From contig OZ244160.1 in the NCBI GenBank assembly GCA_965216325.1, positions 2,880,001-2,944,000 of the forward strand: DNA of 64,000 bases. Reading direction: 5' to 3'. The DNA comes from Coraliomargarita sp. (GTDB taxonomy: Bacteria; Verrucomicrobiota; Verrucomicrobiia; Opitutales; Coraliomargaritaceae). Below are positions 60,777 through 64,000 of the stretch, piece after piece; within the stretch, counting starts at the first letter, position 1; each line of letters opens with the position of its first letter. The notes under the pieces were generated by a model that saw only the letters and a program-made list of their open reading frames with translations, did not search any database and was not told where the DNA came from. Both the position numbers and the translations under genes were made by a program.

Positions 60777-62171
60777 CTATTCAATACGCTCGCTACGCTT
60801 TTGATCCATGAACGCTACCAGTTCGGTTAAACCGGCTTCTTTGGCTTTATCGTAGTGAGTTTTCTCGAATGAAGTAATCATTTCGAAATCTGCGCCTGCT
60901 TCGATCAATGCTTTGGCAAACACGATGTCCTGGCTTCGAATTGCACCTGAAAGGAGTGTGCTATCACCTGCGCCGCGCTCATTGATGTCAGCTCCGGCAG
61001 CTGTCAGTAGGCGCATCGCTTCAATCTTCTCCTTATCGCGGAAGGTCACATTGTTGATGGGCTTCCAATCGTGAGCGTTGCCTGCGTTTGGATTCATTCC
61101 TTTTTCGAGCAGTAGCTCGATGGTCTCGAGCGTTCCGTAGCGCGCGGCCATGTAAAGAGCGCCGTCTTTGCTGTCGAAAGTTGTATGGTGGATGTTGGCA
61201 CCGTTCTCAATGAGGAACTTTACGATTTCGGTTTGCTCATCTTCGATCGCAACAAAAAGAGGCGTCTTTTTACCGATTTCCACTCCTGCATCGACGGCGG
61301 CACCCAACTTGTGGAGCATCTTAGCGTTCTCTAAGTTCTCGCGGCGGATCGCATACTGAAATGCAGTTTCACCTCCTCCCCAGTCGTTCTTATGGTCGAT
61401 GTCTGATCCGGCTTCGAGCAGCAGATGAATCAATGACTCGTTGATCTCGGACTCTGTGGCTGCAATGTAAAACGCAGTTTCCTTAGAGTCGTCTTCAGCG
61501 TTCACATCTGCTCCTTTCTCCAGCGCTAATTTGGCGAGTTCCTCGTTTTCGAAGCGGACTGCATAGTGCAGTAAGGTTTGTTGGTTCTCGGCGCGTGCCT
61601 CGATCAGGTCAGGATACTTCTCCAGATAAGCCTCAACCTTCTCAGGCGCTGCATTCATGATCCACATGAAGCGTTGCTCTGGTTTCGCCGTGGCTGCGGG
61701 TCCGTTTTCGATTTCGTCGATCGCTTGTTGAAGCTGCGCAACTTGTTCCTCACGCATGCGCAGCCAAGTGAAATCCTTGTCTTTGCCTGGCATGGGGAAG
61801 CTTAGGCTATCTTGTGCCACGGTAATGCTGAGTTCGACTTTGTCGGTGATGTTAACGGTGACGACGTCGTTTTCGATCGAGACGATAGAGTAGGGCATTG
61901 GTTTTCCTCCGCGACCGCCACGATACTGGTTGCACTCAGTGCCGGTGAATTCGATCACCATCTTATTTAGAAAGTGACGGGCGAGTTGCTTGCCGAAGTC
62001 CTCTTCACTGACGGCAGCATCACCCGCTTGTTCACGAAGCAGCGCTTCAATCGATTCGGGAGAAACTTTCCAATAACCGACGATGCTGTGTTCGTCGGTT
62101 GGCTTTGAGCAGCCGATGAAGCCGAGCAGGCCTACCAGTAGGAAAAGTGGGATGAGCGCTTTGTAATTCAT
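60777..62171 (-). CDS. Ankyrin-repeat lipoprotein
   Basis: Lipobox FIGC; about 7-8 ANK repeats (TLLHYAV..GADVNA, TPLFVAI..GANIH). Confidence 0.85.
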   Translation of the reverse strand: MNYKALIPLFLLVGLLGFIGCSKPTDEHSIVGYWKVSPESIEALLREQAGDAAVSEEDFGKQLARHFLNKMVIEFTGTECNQYRGGRGGKPMPYSIVSIENDVVTVNITDKVELSITVAQDSLSFPMPGKDKDFTWLRMREEQVAQLQQAIDEIENGPAATAKPEQRFMWIMNAAPEKVEAYLEKYPDLIEARAENQQTLLHYAVRFENEELAKLALEKGADVNAEDDSKETAFYIAATESEINESLIHLLLEAGSDIDHKNDWGGGETAFQYAIRRENLENAKMLHKLGAAVDAGVEIGKKTPLFVAIEDEQTEIVKFLIENGANIHHTTFDSKDGALYMAARYGTLETIELLLEKGMNPNAGNAHDWKPINNVTFRDKEKIEAMRLLTAAGADINERGAGDSTLLSGAIRSQDIVFAKALIEAGADFEMITSFEKTHYDKAKEAGLTELVAFMDQKRSERIE

Positions 62172-62191
62172 AAGAGTATTGTGGTGCATAC

Positions 62192-62234
62192 AAAAAAATA
62201 CCCCACGAGCATATTCAACGCTTCGTGAGGTATT
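62192..62234 (-). terminator. Terminator after carB
   Basis: AAAAAAATACCCCACGAGC..GCTTCGTGAGGTATT. Confidence 0.6.
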
Positions 62235-62256
62235 GCGGAATTAATTAGACACTTGT

Positions 62257-64000
<1,744 letters not shown>

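Overview
64-kb bacterial chromosomal segment, most consistent with a marine Verrucomicrobiota (Opitutia/Puniceicoccales, Coraliomargarita/Lentimonas-like); this assignment is inferred from gene content. Both flanks are housekeeping: UDG, yebC, SNF2 helicase, cls/pgsA/pgpA, nfeD-SPFH and MYG1 on the left; sua5, rpsR, recQ, two tRNA-Arg, a TPR-ExbB-ExbD-TonB-like operon, rpmJ/rpmE, comEC, rarA, mlaEFDCA, tatD, sufE, a PLD, eno, purU and carB on the right. Between about 12.5 and 33.2 kb lies an accessory sulfated-fucose polysaccharide utilisation region (LacI regulator, GH29 and GH95 fucosidases, sulfatases, SSS symporter, EF-hand esterase, GH106-like fragments). It also holds two paralogues of a large protein family I cannot assign, the best candidate for undescribed function. 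The region is visibly decaying: nonsense codons, poly-G frameshifts, microhomology deletion junctions and an IS1380 remnant. Intergenic spaces carry at least six families of REP-like palindromes, and in three places one small palindrome sits in the loop of another. A 27-bp tandem array with an inverted copy lies upstream of yebC. No CRISPR array, rRNA or prophage was seen. All product calls are from motif recognition by eye, not database searches.
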